A stretch of DNA of 64,000 nucleotides from the human T2T-CHM13v2.0 reference genome, Homo sapiens. The stretch lies in the NCBI RefSeq assembly GCF_009914755.1, contig NC_060947.1; one strand, written 5' to 3'. Numbering within the stretch: the stretch's first letter is position 1; the number at the start of each line of letters is the position of its first letter. The notes below the pieces were generated by a model. That model was not told where the DNA came from and made no database searches. It worked only from the letters and a program-made list of their open reading frames with translations. This document shows, one piece after another, positions 16,925-31,630 of this stretch. Made by a program: the position numbers and the translations under genes.

Positions 16925-18590
16925 GTGTTAAGATGGCAATAATCCTCAAACTGATAAACAGATTCAACATGATTCCTAGCAAATCCTAGCTGGTTTCTTT
17001 GTTGCAATTGACAAGCTGATCATAAAATTAATACAGAAATGCAAAGGACTATGTGTAGCCAAAATAATCTTGATAAAGAAGAATGTAACTTGGACCACTC
17101 AAACTTCTTGGTTTCAAAACATACTACAAAGCTACAGTAATTGAGACAGTGTGATACTGATATAAAGACAGGCATATAAATCAGTGGAACAGAATTTAAA
17201 GTCTAAAAAAATTATACATTGCAGTCAATTCATTTTCAACAATGGGGCCAAGATCATTCATTAGGGACAGAATAGCCTTTTCAACAAATGGTGCTGGTAC
17301 TACTGGATATCCACATACACAAGAATGAAAGTATTCCTCTTCCAAATACCATACACAAATACTAAGTCAAAATGGATCCAATACCCAAATTTAACAATGA
17401 CAACCATAAAATTCTTATGAGAAAAAATAAGAGTAAATCTTCATAACCTTGCATTAGACAGTGGTTTCTTAGATATGACACCAAAAGCACAAGCAACCAA
17501 AGAAAACCAGACAAATTTGACTTCATCAAAATTAAACACTTTCACACTTTAAAGAGCACCATCAAGAAAGTGAAAAGATTCTCTAGGAAGCAGACTCAAA
17601 GAAGAAAACAAAGAAAGTGAAAAGATAACCCACAAGATGGGTAAAAACGTTTACAAATCATATATCTAATAAAGGACTTATATCTAAAATATATAAATGA
17701 CTGTTACAACTCAGTAACAAAAAGACAAAAACCCAATTAAAAATGGACAAATGATATGAATACTTATTCTTCCAAAGAAGATATACAAATGGCCAATAAG
17801 CACATAAAAATATGTTTAACATCATTGGTCATTAAGGAAATGCAAATCAAAATGACGATTGCTAATATGAAGATGACAGACAATAAAAAGCATTGGCAAG
17901 GATGTGGAGTAATTGCGATTTTTATAAATTGCTGGTTAGAATATCAAATAGTAAAATAATTTGGAAAACAATTTGGCATTTCCTCAAAATGTTAAACATG
18001 GACTTACCATATGACCTAGCAGTTCTACTCCTAGATATATACCCAAGAAAATTAAAAACATATGTCCACACAAAAAGATGTACATGAATGTTAACAACAG
18101 CAACATTCATAATGGCCAAGAAATGGAAACAACACAAATGTCCATCAACTGATTATTAAATAAATTGTGGTATATTCATACAATGCAATATTATTTGGCA
18201 ATAAGAAGGAATGAAATATTGATATGTGCTACAATATTGAAATATTGATATGAACCTTAAAACATTATGTTAAGTGAAAGAAGCTAGTCACAAAAAGAAA
18301 CATATTGTATGATTCTATTTATATGAAATTTTCATAATAGGCAAATCCATAAAAATAGAAAGCACATTAGTGGTTGCCCTGGGCTGGAGAGAGGAAAGAA
18401 TGGGCATGACTGCTGATGGACGTGTAATTTTTTTTCTGTGACTAAAATATTCTGAATTTAAATAGTAATGATGGTTGTGCAACTCTGGGAATATATTAAA
18501 AATTACTGAATTTTACACTTAAAAAGGATGAATTTTATGGTGTGTGAAGTATTTTATGATATGGTACAGTACCTCATAAAGCTGTGTTTT
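16925..18590 (+). mobile_element. L1MB-like ORF2 3' end plus 3'UTR
   Basis: ORF 17756-17959 ([16 protein letters not shown]); L1MB-type UTR ending ...GAATTTTATGGTGTGTGAA..ATAAAGCTGT. Confidence 0.85.
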
Positions 18591-18609
18591 TAAACAAGCT
18601 GATTATTTA

Positions 18610-18880
18610 GAAACTCATATAATATTCTCAATAGTTGCCAAAGAAGCATGTTTAAAAGTTTGTACCAATTCATGGCCAAAAACTCTCAAAGCATTCTAGA
18701 AACAGAAGAGAACGTCCTTAAATTGAAGATTATTTATCAAAAACCAACAGTTAACATATTGATGTTAAAACACTAAAAAATTCCCATCAAAGATAAGGAT
18801 CCATATTAATGCCTTTAATGTTCAAATTGTTCTGGAAGTCCTAGCTAAGACAATAAAAAAAGGAAAAAGATAAGGTTGAC
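18610..18880 (+). mobile_element. Very old L1M ORF2 fragment that resumes at ~26600
   Basis: Degenerate RT-region DNA (TCTCAATAGTTGCCAAAGAAGCAT..AAAACTCTC..GTTCTGGAAGTCCTAGC); continues AAAAGGAAAT..TTATTTGCA after the L1MA. Confidence 0.6.
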
Positions 18881-18884
18881 ATGT

Positions 18885-21800
18885 TTAATTTTTTTTTTAC
18901 TTTTTAAATTCTTTAATTTTTAATTTTGGTGGGTACAAAGCAGGTGTATATATTTATGAAGTACATGAGATATTTTGATACAGGCATGCAATGCATAATA
19001 ATCACATCATAGAAGATGGGGTATTCATCCCTTCAAGCATTTGTCCTTTGTGTTACAAACAATCCAAATACACTCTTTTAGTTATTTTTAAATGTACAAT
19101 TAAATTATTATTGACTATATTCATGCTGTTGTGCTGTCAAATACTAGGCCTTATTCATTCATTCTATTATTTTGTACCCATTAGCAATCCCCACCTCCCC
19201 CTCGCACCACTCCCCACCCCGCTACTATGCTTCCCAGCCTCTCGTAACCATGTTTCTACTCTTCATGTCCTTAAGTTCAATTATTTCAATTTTTAGATCC
19301 CACAAATAAGTGAGAATATATGATGCGTGTATTTCTATACCTGGCTTATATTTCACTTGACATAATGATCTCCAGTTCCATCCATGTTGCAAATGACTGG
19401 ATCTCTTTCTCTTTTATGGCTGAATAGTACTCCATTGTGTATATGTACCACATTTTCTTTATTCGTTCATCTGTTGATAGACACCTAGGTTACTTCCAAA
19501 TCTTAGCTATTATGAACAGAGCTGCAACAAACACGGTGTAGAGATATCTCTTTGATGTATGGATTTCCTTTTTGGGGAGTATATACCCAACAGAGGGATT
19601 GCTGGATCACATGGTAGCTCTATTTTTAGTTTTTTAAGGAACCTCCAAACTGTTCCCCATAGTGGTTGTACTAATTTGCATTCCCACCAACAGCGTATGA
19701 GGGTTCTCTTTTCTCCACATCCTCGTCAGCATTTTTCATTGTCTGTCTTTTGGATATAAGCCATTTAAACTGGATGATATCTTACTGTAGTTTTGATTTA
19801 TCTGATGATCAGTGATGCTGATCACATTTTCATATGTCTGTTTGCCATTTGTATGTCTTCTTTGGAGAAATGTCTATTCAAATCTTTTCCCCACTTTTTA
19901 ATCAGATTATTAGATTTTTTTCCTACAGAATTGTTTGGGCTTCTTATGTATTCTGGTTATTAATCCCTTGTTAGATGGGTAGTTTGGAAATATTTTCTCC
20001 CATTCTGTGGGTTGTCTCTTCATTTTGCGGATTGTTTACTTTTCTTTGCAGGAGCTTTTAAACTTGATATGAACCCATTTGCCCATTTTTGCTTTGGATG
20101 CCTGTGCTTATGGGGTATTACTGAAGAAATCTTTGCCCAAATCAATGTCCTGGAGATTTTCCCCAATGTTTTCTTGTAGTAGTTTCATAGTTTGAGGTCT
20201 TAGATTTAAGTCTTCAATCCATTTTGATTTGATTTTTGTATATGGTGAGAGATAGGAGTCTAGTTTCATTTTTCCTCATAGAGATATCCAGTTTTCCCAG
20301 CACCCTTTATTGAAGAGGCTGTCTTTTCCCCAGTGTATGTTCTCAGCACCTTTGTAGAAAATGGGTTCAATATAGATGTCCGGATTGGTTTCTGAGATCT
20401 CCAGTCTATTCCATTGGTCTATGTGTCTGTTTATGCTAGTACTATGCTGTTTTGGTAACTATAGCTCTGTAGTATATAATTTGAAGTCAGGTAATGTGAT
20501 TCCTCTAGTTTTGTTCTTTTTGCTTAGGATAACTTTGGCTATTTTAGATCTTGTAGTTCCATATAAATTTTAGTATTTTTTTTCTATTTCTATGAAGAAT
20601 GTCATTGGTATTTTGACAGGGATTGCATTGAATCTGTAGATTGCTTTGGGTAGTATGGACAATTTAACAATATTGATTCTTCCAATTCATAAACATGGAA
20701 TATTTTTACATTTTTTGTATTACCTTCAATTTCTTTCCTCAATATTTTATAGTTTTCATTGTAGAGATCTTCCTTAGTTATTTCCCAGGTATTTAATTTT
20801 ACCTGTAACTATTGCAAATGGGACAATTTTTTAAATTTCTGTTTCAGTTAGTTAACTGTTGACATATAGAAATGCTACTGAAAATCATATGTTAATTTTG
20901 TATCGTGCAACTTTTCTGAATTTGTTCATTAGTTCTCATAGGTTTTTTATGGCGTTTTTAGGTTTTTCCCAATATAAGATCATATCATCTGTTAACATGG
21001 ATAATTTGATGTCATCCTTTCCAATTTGGATGTGCTTTATATCATTCTCTTGTCTGATTGCTCTAGCTGTGACTTCCAGTACTTTGTCTAATAACAGTAG
21101 TGACATTGGGCATCCTTGTCATGTTCCAGATCTTAGAAGAAAGGCTTTCAGTTTTTCCCCATTCAGTATGAGACTACCTGTGGGTCTGTCAGATATGGCT
21201 TTTATTATGTTGAGGTATGTTCCTTCTAAATCCAGTTGCTTGAGAGTTTTTATCATGAAGGGGTACTGAATTTTACCAAATGCTTTTTCAGCATCAATTG
21301 AAGTGATCATACAATTTTTGTCCTTCTTTCTGTTGATATGATGTATCACATGTGCAAATCATATGATTAATTTGCATATGTTGAACCATTCTTGCATCCC
21401 AGAGATAAATCCCACTTGGTCATGATGAATGATCTCTTTAATATTTTGTTGAAGTCAGTTTGCTAATATTTTGTTGAGGATTGTTGCATCAATAGTCACC
21501 AAGGATATTGACCTGTAGTTTCCTTTTCTTTTAAAGTGTCTTTGTCTGTTTTTGGTATCAGGGTAACACTGGCCTCATAGAATGAGTTTGTAAGTATTCC
21601 CTCCTCCTCTATTTGTTGGAACAGTTTGTGTAGGATCGATATTAATTTTTCTTTAAATGTTTGGTAGAATTCAGCAGTGAAGCCGTCGGGTCCCGGGCTT
21701 TTCTTTACTGGGAGAATTTTTATTATGACTTCATTCTTGTTACTTGCTATTAGTCTGTTCAGGTTTTGGATTTCTTCCTGATTCAATCTTGGTAAGTTTT

Positions 21801-24800
21801 GTGTGTCTAGGAATTTGTCCAATTCTTCTAAGTTTTGGCATATAGTTGTTCATACTAGCCACTAATGATCCTTTGAATTTCTGCGATATCAGTTGTAATG
21901 TCTCTTTTTTAATCTCTAATTTTATTTATTTGGATCTTCTCTCTTTTTTTCTTAGTCACTCTGGCTAAAAGTTTGTCTATTTTGTTTAACTTTTAAAAAA
22001 CAACTTTTTGTTTCATTGATCTTTTGTATTATTTTCTTCATTCAATTGCATTCCTTTCTGCTCTTATCTTTATTATTTCTTTTTCCCTACTATTATGGAC
22101 TTAATTTGCTCTTGCTTTTCTATTTCTTTAAGGTGCATTGTTAGGTTGCTTACTTGGAGTTTTTCATCTTTTTTAATGTAGACATAGAGCTATAAACTTC
22201 CCTTTTATTACTGCTTTTGTTGAATGCAATGGGTTTTGGTATGTTGTGTTTCCATTATCATTTGTTTCAAGAAATTTTTCAATTTCCTTAGTAATTTCTT
22301 CATTGACCACCACTGGTCATTCAGGAGCATATTGCTTAATTTCCATGTATTTGTATGGTTTCCAAAAATTCTCTTGGTATTGATTTCTAATTTTATTCCA
22401 TTGTGGTCAGAAAGGATGCTTGATATTTTTTCAGTTTTTTTGAATGTTTTAAGATTTGTTTTGTGATCAACATATGGCCTATCCTTGAGAATGATCCATG
22501 TGCTGAGGAAAAGAATGTGTATTCTGTAGCTGTTGGATGAAATGTTCTGTAAATATCTATTGGATCCATTTGGTTTATAGTGCAGATTTAGTCTGATGTT
22601 TCTTTGTCGGTTTTCTGTCTAGAAGATCTGTTCAATGCCGAAAGTGGGGTGTTAAAGTGTCTAGCCTTTATTGTATTGGGGCCTATTTCTCTTTATAGCT
22701 CTAATCATATTTGCTTTATATATCTAGGTGCTCCAGTGATGCGTGAATATAAATTTAAAACTGTTGTATCCTCTTGCTGAATTGACCCCTTTATTATTAT
22801 ATAGTGACCTTTTTTGTCTCTTCTTATAGTTTGTCTCGAAATCTATTTTTTTCTGATATAGGTATAACTACTCTTGCTTTTGTTTTTTGTTTGTTGGTTG
22901 GTTGGTTTGTTTCCATTAGCATGGAATATCTTTTCCCATCTCTTTATTTTCAGTCTGTGTGTCTTTATAGGTGAAGTGTGTTTCTGGTAAGCAACAAGGC
23001 AATGGGTTTTTTACATCTATTCAGCCACTCTATGTCTTTTGGCTGGACAGTTTAGTCCATTTACATTTATATTATTCTTGATAAGTAAGAACTTACTCTG
23101 CCATTTTATTATTTGTTTTCAGGTTGTTTTGTGGCCTTATCTTCTTTCTTTCCTTCCTGTCTTCCTTTTAATGAAGGTGATTTTCTCTGATGGCATGATT
23201 TAGTTTCTTCCTTTTTATTTTTTGTGTATCTGTTGTATGTTTTTTTGGTTTGAGGTTACCATGAGGCTTACAAATATTATCTTATAATCTATTATTTTAA
23301 GCTTATAACAACTTAATACTTCTTGCATAAGCAAACAAGCAAAAAGAAAGCCAATAAAGACTACACCTTAACTTCATTCCCTGCTTTTTTAACTTTTTGT
23401 TGCTACTACTTACATCTTACTGTACTGTCCATGTCTTGACAAGTTGTTGTAGTTATTATCTTTGATTGCATCATCATTTAGTCTTTCTATTTAAGATAAG
23501 AGTAATTTACACACCACAGTTACAATGTTATAATATTCTGTGTTTTCTCTGTACTTTCTATTACTAGTCAGTTTTGTACATTCAGATGATTTCTTATTGC
23601 TCATTAATGTTCTTTTCTTTCTGGTTGATGTACTCTCTTTAGCATTTCTTGTATGACAGATCTAGTATTAATGAAATTTGTCATCTTTTGTTTGTCTGGG
23701 AAAGTCTTTATTTCTCCCTCATTTCTGAATGATAATTTTGCTGGATATACAATTATAGGGTAAAAGTTTATTTCCTTCAGCACTTTAAATTTAACATGCC
23801 ACTATCTCCTGGCCTGTAAAATTTCCACTGAAAACTTTGCTGCCAGACATATTGGAACTCCATTGCATGTTATTTGCTTCTTTTCTCTTGTTGCTTTTAG
23901 GAATTTTTTTTCTTCAATCTTTGGGAGTTTGATTATTTAGTGTATTGAGGTAGTCTTATTTAGGTTAAATCTGTTTGGTGTTTTACAGCCTTCTTCAATA
24001 TTGGTATCTTTCTCTAGGTTTGGAAAGCTCTCTGTTAGTGTCCTTTTGAATAAACTTTCTACCCTTATCTTTTTCTCTATCTCCTCTTTAAGGTCAATAA
24101 CTCTTAGATTTACTTGTTCAAGGCTATTCTCTAGATCCTGTAGGCATGCTTCATTGTTTTTTATTATTTTTTCTTTTGTCTCCTCTGTGCACTTTCAAAT
24201 AGCCTATCTTCAAGCTCCCTAATTCTTTCTTCCGACTGATCAATTCTGCTATTAAAAGACTCTGATGCATTGTTCAGTATGTCACTTGCATTTTTCAACT
24301 CTCTAATTTCTGTTTGATTCTTTTTAAGTATTTTAATCTCTTTGTTCCATTTATCTGATAGAATTATTAATTCTTTCTCTGTGTTATCTTGGATTTCATT
24401 GAGTTTCTTCGAAACAGGTATTGTGAATTCTCTGTCTGAAAGGTGACATATCTCTGTTTCTCCCACATTGGTCCCTGGTGCCTTATTTAGTTCATTTGGT
24501 GAGGTCATGTTTTCCTGGAGGGTGTTGATGCTAGTAAATGTTCTTCAGTGTTAGACAATGAGGAGTTAGGTATTTATTGTAGTCATTGCAGTCTGGGCTT
24601 GTTTGTACCTATCCTTCTTAAGAAGGCTTTCCAGGTATTTGAAAGGACTTGGTTGTTGTGATCTAATCTATATCTGCTTTAGAGGGGGCTCCAAGTTCAG
24701 TGGCACTGTGGTTCTTGCAGACTCAAAGAAGTACCGCCCTGATGGACTTAGACAAGATATGGAAAAATTCTCTGGATTGCAAGGCAGAGACTCTTGTTCT

Positions 24801-26599
24801 CTTTCCTTACTTTCTTTGAAACAAACAGAATCTCTCTCTCTGCTCTGAGCCACCTGGAGCCGGGGGTGGGGTACAACAAGTACTCCTGTTGCCACCACCC
24901 CTAGAATATTACTGGGTCAGACTTGAAGGCAGCACACCACTTGGGTCTTGCCCAAGTCCTGCAATAACCACTTGCTAGCTACCACCTATGTTTGCTCAAA
25001 GCCCTTGGGCTTTACAATCAGCAGGTGGCAAAGACAGCCAGGCCTATGTCTTTCCCTTAAGGGAGGTGAGTTCCTTCAGGTCCTGCATGGGTCCAGAGGT
25101 GCTGTCTGGGAGCTCAGGACTAGAATCAAAAACCTTAGAAGTTCACCTGGTGTTCTATTGAACTGTGGCTAAGCTTGTAATCAAATCACAAGATGCAGTC
25201 CTATCCACTCTTCCCTCCCCTTTCCAAAGGCAGAACTTCACCCTGTGGCCACCATCACTTCAGGCCCACAGGGTATACCACCAGATTACCATAGATATTC
25301 CCTTTAAGGCCTAAAAACTCTTTAGTCAGCTTGTGGTGAATGCAGCCTGGCCTGGATCTCAGCTTTCAAGGGAGTGGGCTCCCCTCTGGCCCAGGGCAGG
25401 TCCAGAAATGCTGTCCAAGAGCCAAGTATTGGAATCGGCGAACCCAAGCGTCCACTTGGTACTGTACCCCTCTCTGGCCGAGCTTGTACCAAAAATACAA
25501 AACTAAGTCCTCCTTACTTTTTTCTCTGCTTTTCTCAAGCAGAAGGAGTCTTGCCTTGTAGCCACCATAGCTGGGAATGTGCTGAGTCTCATCTTAAGTC
25601 AGCAAGTCTCAATGTCTCACCCAAGGCCCTTGGTGTAGTACCCGGGTACTACACCAGTGGTACTACAGCAGTGATAACTGCTGGTTATTCACGGTCCAAG
25701 AGCTCTTCAGTTAGCAGGTGATGAATCCTGCCATGACTGGGCACTTTGCTTCAAGGGAGCAGGTTCCCTTCCATCCCAGGGTGTATCTAGAAATATCTGG
25801 AAGCTGAGGCCTAGAAAGGGGGTCTCACAACTCTGACCAGTACCCTATTCTGCTGTGGCTGGGCCAGTATCTATGATGTAAGACAAAGTCTTCCCCACTC
25901 TTCTGTCTCCTCTCTTCCAGCAGAAGGAGGGGCTCCCTTTAGGATCTGTGAGCTGTGCAGCCTGGGGTTAAGGAAGGAAACGGACGATGCCAGAATCCCC
26001 TTAGCCACCCTGGCTGGTTGTGTGCCTCCCCGCAGTCCACTGTCTCTGGGTCCAGTGCAGCCCTAGGACTTGCCTAGGTGTTGCAGTCCTTGTGGCCTAG
26101 ACTGCCTTTCAAGTTTATTTGGGGCTCCAGAGCACTTTAACCCATGGTAGCAATGCTTGCAAGAACTCAATTTCCAACTGCTGGAATCAGTGATTCTCCT
26201 CTGGCTAGGGCTGGTTTAATGCATCCTCTGTGGGCAGGTGTCAGTGGTATTTGGTCCAGTTTTGCTTTCTGGTACAGCAAGGGCAACACTGAGTTCCATA
26301 CCTCACAACTGCTGGCTCTCCCTCTTTCCAGAGCACAGAAACACTCTGCAACACACTATCACAGCCAGAGGGATGTGGGAGGGGTGGCGTTGGCAATTCA
26401 AGGCTGTTTTTTTTCTACCTCTTCAGTTCCTCTTTCAGCAATATGAAGCAATATGAAGTAAAAACCAGGTACTATGAGTGTTCACCTCATTTTTGGTTCT
26501 TACAAAGTCGCTTTTTGTGTGTAGATAGTTGTTAAATTGGTGTCCCTGTGGGAAGATGATCAGTGGAACTTTCTATTGCATCTTGCTCCACATCCTCCC
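18885..26599 (-). mobile_element. Full-length decayed L1MA (L1MA1-3-like), ~7.7 kb
   Basis: L1MA 3' end near 18930; ORF2 remnants 21119-21822; ORF1 coiled-coil remnant 24164-24508; 5' start GGGAGGATGTGGAGCAAGATG on the minus strand. Confidence 0.93.
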
Positions 26600-27360
26600 T
26601 AAAAGGAAATTTAAATCATTATTATTTGCAAATTATGAGCCCATGTAATTACAAAACACAAGAAATAATGACTAGGAACTTAATTGTGATACCTAAATAA
26701 TTTGAGAGATATACTTTCTTCCTAAATGGGATGCGAAGCAAGAGAATGCTCATACCTACTAGTGGGACTTTAAATTGGTATGATTTATTTGGAAAACTGA
26801 CAGTATGTGTTAAATTTGAATATATACATATTCTTATCACTTAGCAATTCCACTCCTATGTGTATACCTAACAGAAACAAAATACATTTACAAGAATGTT
26901 CATAGAAGCATAAATTTTAATAGGCAAAACCTGCAAACAACCCAAATATCTATCAAGATTATTAAGGATAAATTATGGACATTACAATGATAAAAATGAA
27001 TACATGACTGTTCCATGAAACACTGTGGATGAATCTCACAAGCATAATATTGAATGAAAAAAACTAGACCCTAAAGAATGTATACCATATGATTCCACTT
27101 ATATGAAGGACAAATAGTAAGGCAAACAAATCAATAATTTTAGAAGTAAGGACAGTATTTGCTTTGGGGAGGAAGAAAGGAATGGTGATCGAGAATACAT
27201 GAGAGGAACTTCTGGGTGTTCTAGTGATGTTTTAGTTCTTAAGCAAGTATGTGGTGATATTGTGATGTTTTCACTTTGTGATAACTCATTGCACTATATG
27301 TCTATGACGTGTTCTCTTTCATACATGTATATTAGACTGTAGGAAATGTTTATTTTTTTA
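26600..27360 (+). mobile_element. Old L1ME-like ORF2 end/3'UTR
   Basis: AGCAATTCCACTCCTATG; GAATGTTCATAGAAGC; GGATGAATCTCACAAGCATAATATTGAATG. Confidence 0.7.
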
Positions 27361-27802
27361 AAATACTTTTGAAATGGTTATCTATAGGGAAAGGAGGGAA
27401 CATAGCAGAGGGGACAAGGATAGAAGTTAGATTTCTCTAAATATACCTTATTTTTTAGAATTGTGAGTCTGGTTCTTTGTAATATCTTATATAGGTATAA
27501 GAGTAAATTAAATTTTTAAAAATAATTACTATAAAACAAAATTAAATTAAAAGAAATGAACCTGCTTACAGAATTGATGCCATAACAACCCAGAGAGCAA
27601 CTATTTCTAGTGATTTTTAAATGCAGCTATTTGACCTTCCATTCCTAGTGGGATACATCTTAAGGACAGGATTAATTTTAAAAATCTTAAACTGTTTTCA
27701 CTAGCCTTCTAATTGATTTTTAGCATAGAAAAAGGGATATACAGACATTGGATCAATGGCATCAAGTAAAAACCCTGAAGTCCTAAATTTGAGTTAGAAC
27801 TA

Positions 27803-28348
<546 letters not shown>

Positions 28349-29142
28349 CCCTAGTTCTGTCCACTGAAAAAGCCCTAGAAACACTGACTAGCCCAATAGC
28401 AATGAGCAACCCTAGCACCAAGATTGTCATCTCTAAATATCCTTTATCACTAAAAGGAATCAGGGCTCCTTGGAGAAAGTAGAGGTCTGGGACAAATGTT
28501 CAAGTTGAAACTGGATCACCTTGTCATATCAGATAGCAAGGAAGCTATCAAAACAGAGTCATGTAAAAGGACTTAAGAGTCAACATGAAGGGGCTCCAAG
28601 TGACCAAAGTTGAAACAATTTTATCATCAGTAGAAATAATAACTGCAATGGATTGAAACACATAAAGTTCATTAAAGGTATGAGTTACTGATGACAGTAA
28701 AACAAAACTCACTGGTCACTGTTGGAGAATGCTAGTGAACCAACTCGTTCTTTCAAAAACTAGTAAATAAAGAGAAAGAATGAAGAATTCATCCTGCCAT
28801 CCTTGCATGATGTGTACTCCACTAAAACCAAACAGCTGATAAGGGCAAATTTGTATTTATAAAAGTATTCCAACTAATAATTGAAGAAGTTTTGATAGTA
28901 CTAGCATATCTCCGTCTCATAATCCCTATGGATCTAGGCAATGAGCCTCAGTGGCTGCTGACATCACAAAAAGAGCGACAAATAGACATTACATGCTTTC
29001 TGATAGAAGCACATAACCTCACCTATCAAGTATTCTTGTGAAAAGATGAAAGCTGAATTTGTCTAACTGCCAATTTCTAGCAAATAGAGGGTAAAGGAAT
29101 ATTTTAAGTGATTCTACTAGGATGCAATCAGCAAAATCCAGA

Positions 29143-29194
29143 CTGAGAGAGAGAGATAGAGATAAAGATAGAATAGAGAGATAGAGAGATAGAT

Positions 29195-29246
<52 letters not shown>

Positions 29247-29286
29247 TAGAGTTAGAGAAAGTTAGAGATAGAGATAGAAGAGAGAG
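29143..29286. repeat. (GATA)n tetranucleotide STR in GA-rich flanks
   Basis: 13 perfect GATA units at 29195-29246. Confidence 0.97.
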
Positions 29287-30139
29287 TTTATATGCCTCTT
29301 AAGTCTCATTTAATTTTTAGGTTCCTCTCTCTTCTCTAATTGCAATATTGCAGTGTAGGAACCTTATTTGGATCTTTATTCCAACAAATTTAAAAGAAAA
29401 TTTATGAGAAAGTCAAGATAATGTATATACTGCCTATATTATTTGATGATAACTTAATTTTTCAGGCATGATAATGATATTGTGAATATTATTTTTGTAA
29501 TGAGCTTATATATTTTAGAAATATATACTGAAACATTTAAGACAAAATTATGCCTTGGACTTGCTTCAAAGTAATTCTGGGTATGGGAGTGAGGTTATAT
29601 ACATGAAGCAAGATTGGCCATGAACTGATATTTGCTGAACCTAGGTGATGAGTTCATGGGGGTTCATGTTTTCTACTTCGGTAAATGTTTGAAGTTTTCC
29701 ATAATAAAAAACATTTTAAAGAATGGGACAAAAAACCAAAGTTTATTAAAATGGACAGTTTTCCCCAATTAATCTGTAAACCTGAGAATGCCAAGATGCT
29801 TAAAGATATAATCAATTACACTTATAATATAAGTGCTTTCTATGAAAGAGAGGAACAGGTATAATGAGAGATTGATTATGAATGTACTTATTTATAATAT
29901 AACTGTTAGTGAATACATACTTTTTATTTGTTTATTTTAAGTTGGTCATTTTATTCACGTGCAAACTATTCATTATGAAAAAATGAGTCAAATGTATAAT
30001 TTAATGTAATAAAGGGAGTCAAATAACAAAGAGAGACAAGTAATGACAATATATAGTTCATTAATTTTACTTTTAGGGAGTTGAACAGTGGTTTGATAGC
30101 ATCATTAAAAAAAAAGTCTATGTGAAACTCAATCCATTT

Positions 30140-30580
30140 AGAACTCATCAGGAGTACCGTGTTTGGCCTGGATTGTACATTTTAAAAGACTGGTCAACTA
30201 CTGTGGTACAGCCAGAGGAGAATGACCATGACTGTGAGGTGATCTAGAAATCCTGTCAAATGACAACAAGTTGAAAGTACTAGGAATGTTTAACCTGGAC
30301 CAGAAAAATCTTGGATATACACGCAAACAGTGTTTAAATGTATGAAAAGCCCAGCAACCAGTTGGTGAACCGATTTACAATATGTCACTCGGGAAAACCA
30401 ATAATGAGTCAAAGTTGCAGAAGAGTAGGTTTTCTCTCACTGTGGAGAACTTTCCAACCATGAGAGCTATCCAGCCGTGGACTCTGCTACCCTAGATGAT
30501 AAAAAGCTGCCCCTGGAAATGGTCAAACAGACAAGGCAACACAAAATTCCAGGTCTCTCCTAGCCCTAAGGTTCTGAGTT
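30140..30580 (+). mobile_element. CR1/L3 LINE 3' fragment
   Basis: GGAGTACCGTGTT..ACATTTTAAAA..CCAGAGGAGAATGACCA..GTTGAAAGTACTAGGAATGTTTAACCTGGA. Confidence 0.7.
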
Positions 30581-31219
30581 TTAAGTTGTTCAGCAAAGAG
30601 CTACTTAAAACCAAGGAGGAAGCTTCCTTAGCTTAAAAAAAGTTTTTCTTAACCAGGCAGGTGCTTGTTTATTCAATAAGCACAAATATAGAGGAGATCT
30701 TTTCGGGAGGAAATCAATATTTTTAAAGATAAAACCCATCAATGTTACTTGTGTCAAGTGCCTAGAGTAAATTAAGTTTACAACTTCAGCAGACTGTCAT
30801 GTGAAAGTGTGGCAGTGACTAACAAATTGAATTACCATAGTACTACATCACTCACAAAAGTATTATTGATAGTGACAGAGTGATATTGAATTTAAATTAT
30901 TCAGTTTTATTGATTGAACAGCACATCTTAACTACGAAACAAGAGGGAAAAAGCTGAGATGTTAGACTTGGATTTTACCTCCCATTGAGAACGATCCCCC
31001 AAAAAGAATATGTGTATATGCAGTTGAGCCCTATAAAAAGTATCAACCCACTGAAGTATTTTCTGGGTACCTTTCCAGTCCTGTCTTCTCTGTCCATGTT
31101 CATCTCACCCTCACTTAGCTATCCAGAGCCCAGTGTTTCAATGATCCCTGCTTCTTGAGTTCCCTTTTCATCCTATTTCCCAGGTCCCTTCCTGACCTAG
31201 TTTCATTGCTTATTTTGAA

Positions 31220-31335
31220 ACCACGTATTGAATACTTCTTCTGTGCTAGACACCATTCTGGGCATCAGAGATTAACAGATGAGTATGGCTTTCTCTCGAG
31301 GAGGACATAATCTAATGGACAGAAAGAAATGTAAA
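31220..31335 (-). mobile_element. L2 fragment
   Basis: TATTGAATACTTCTTCTGTGCTAGACACCATTCTGGGC. Confidence 0.55.
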
Positions 31336-31429
31336 GCAAAACAAAACAAACTGAAATAAAGTGTTGTATATTTCTCTACCCTACCATTCAAAACCCCCTG
31401 TCCTAATCTCTGTTATCTGCATATCTAAG

Positions 31430-31630
31430 AAGATTTTTAATCTGTGGGGAAACACAGACCCCATCTGAGAATCTTCTAAAAGCTATGGAATCCCTCCCTG
31501 GAAAAAAAAAAACACAACACACACACACACACACACACACACGTATATACACACAACTTTTATGAAATTTGGGGGAGTTCAAAGTTTCCCTGAAGCCTGA
31601 ACAAGAAGCCCTAGAGGTAAAAGCCCCTGC
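31430..31630. mobile_element. Charlie4z-like hAT element containing (CA)n
   Basis: ACAGACCCCATCTGAGAATCT..AAAGCTATGGA..CCCTGAAGCC; (CA)n at ~31517-31542. Confidence 0.65.

Noticed and set aside
26438-26458. Small tandem duplications (GCAATATGAA x2; GAAATATTGATATG near 18213 and 18239)
   Set aside because: Ordinary slippage events inside old L1s.
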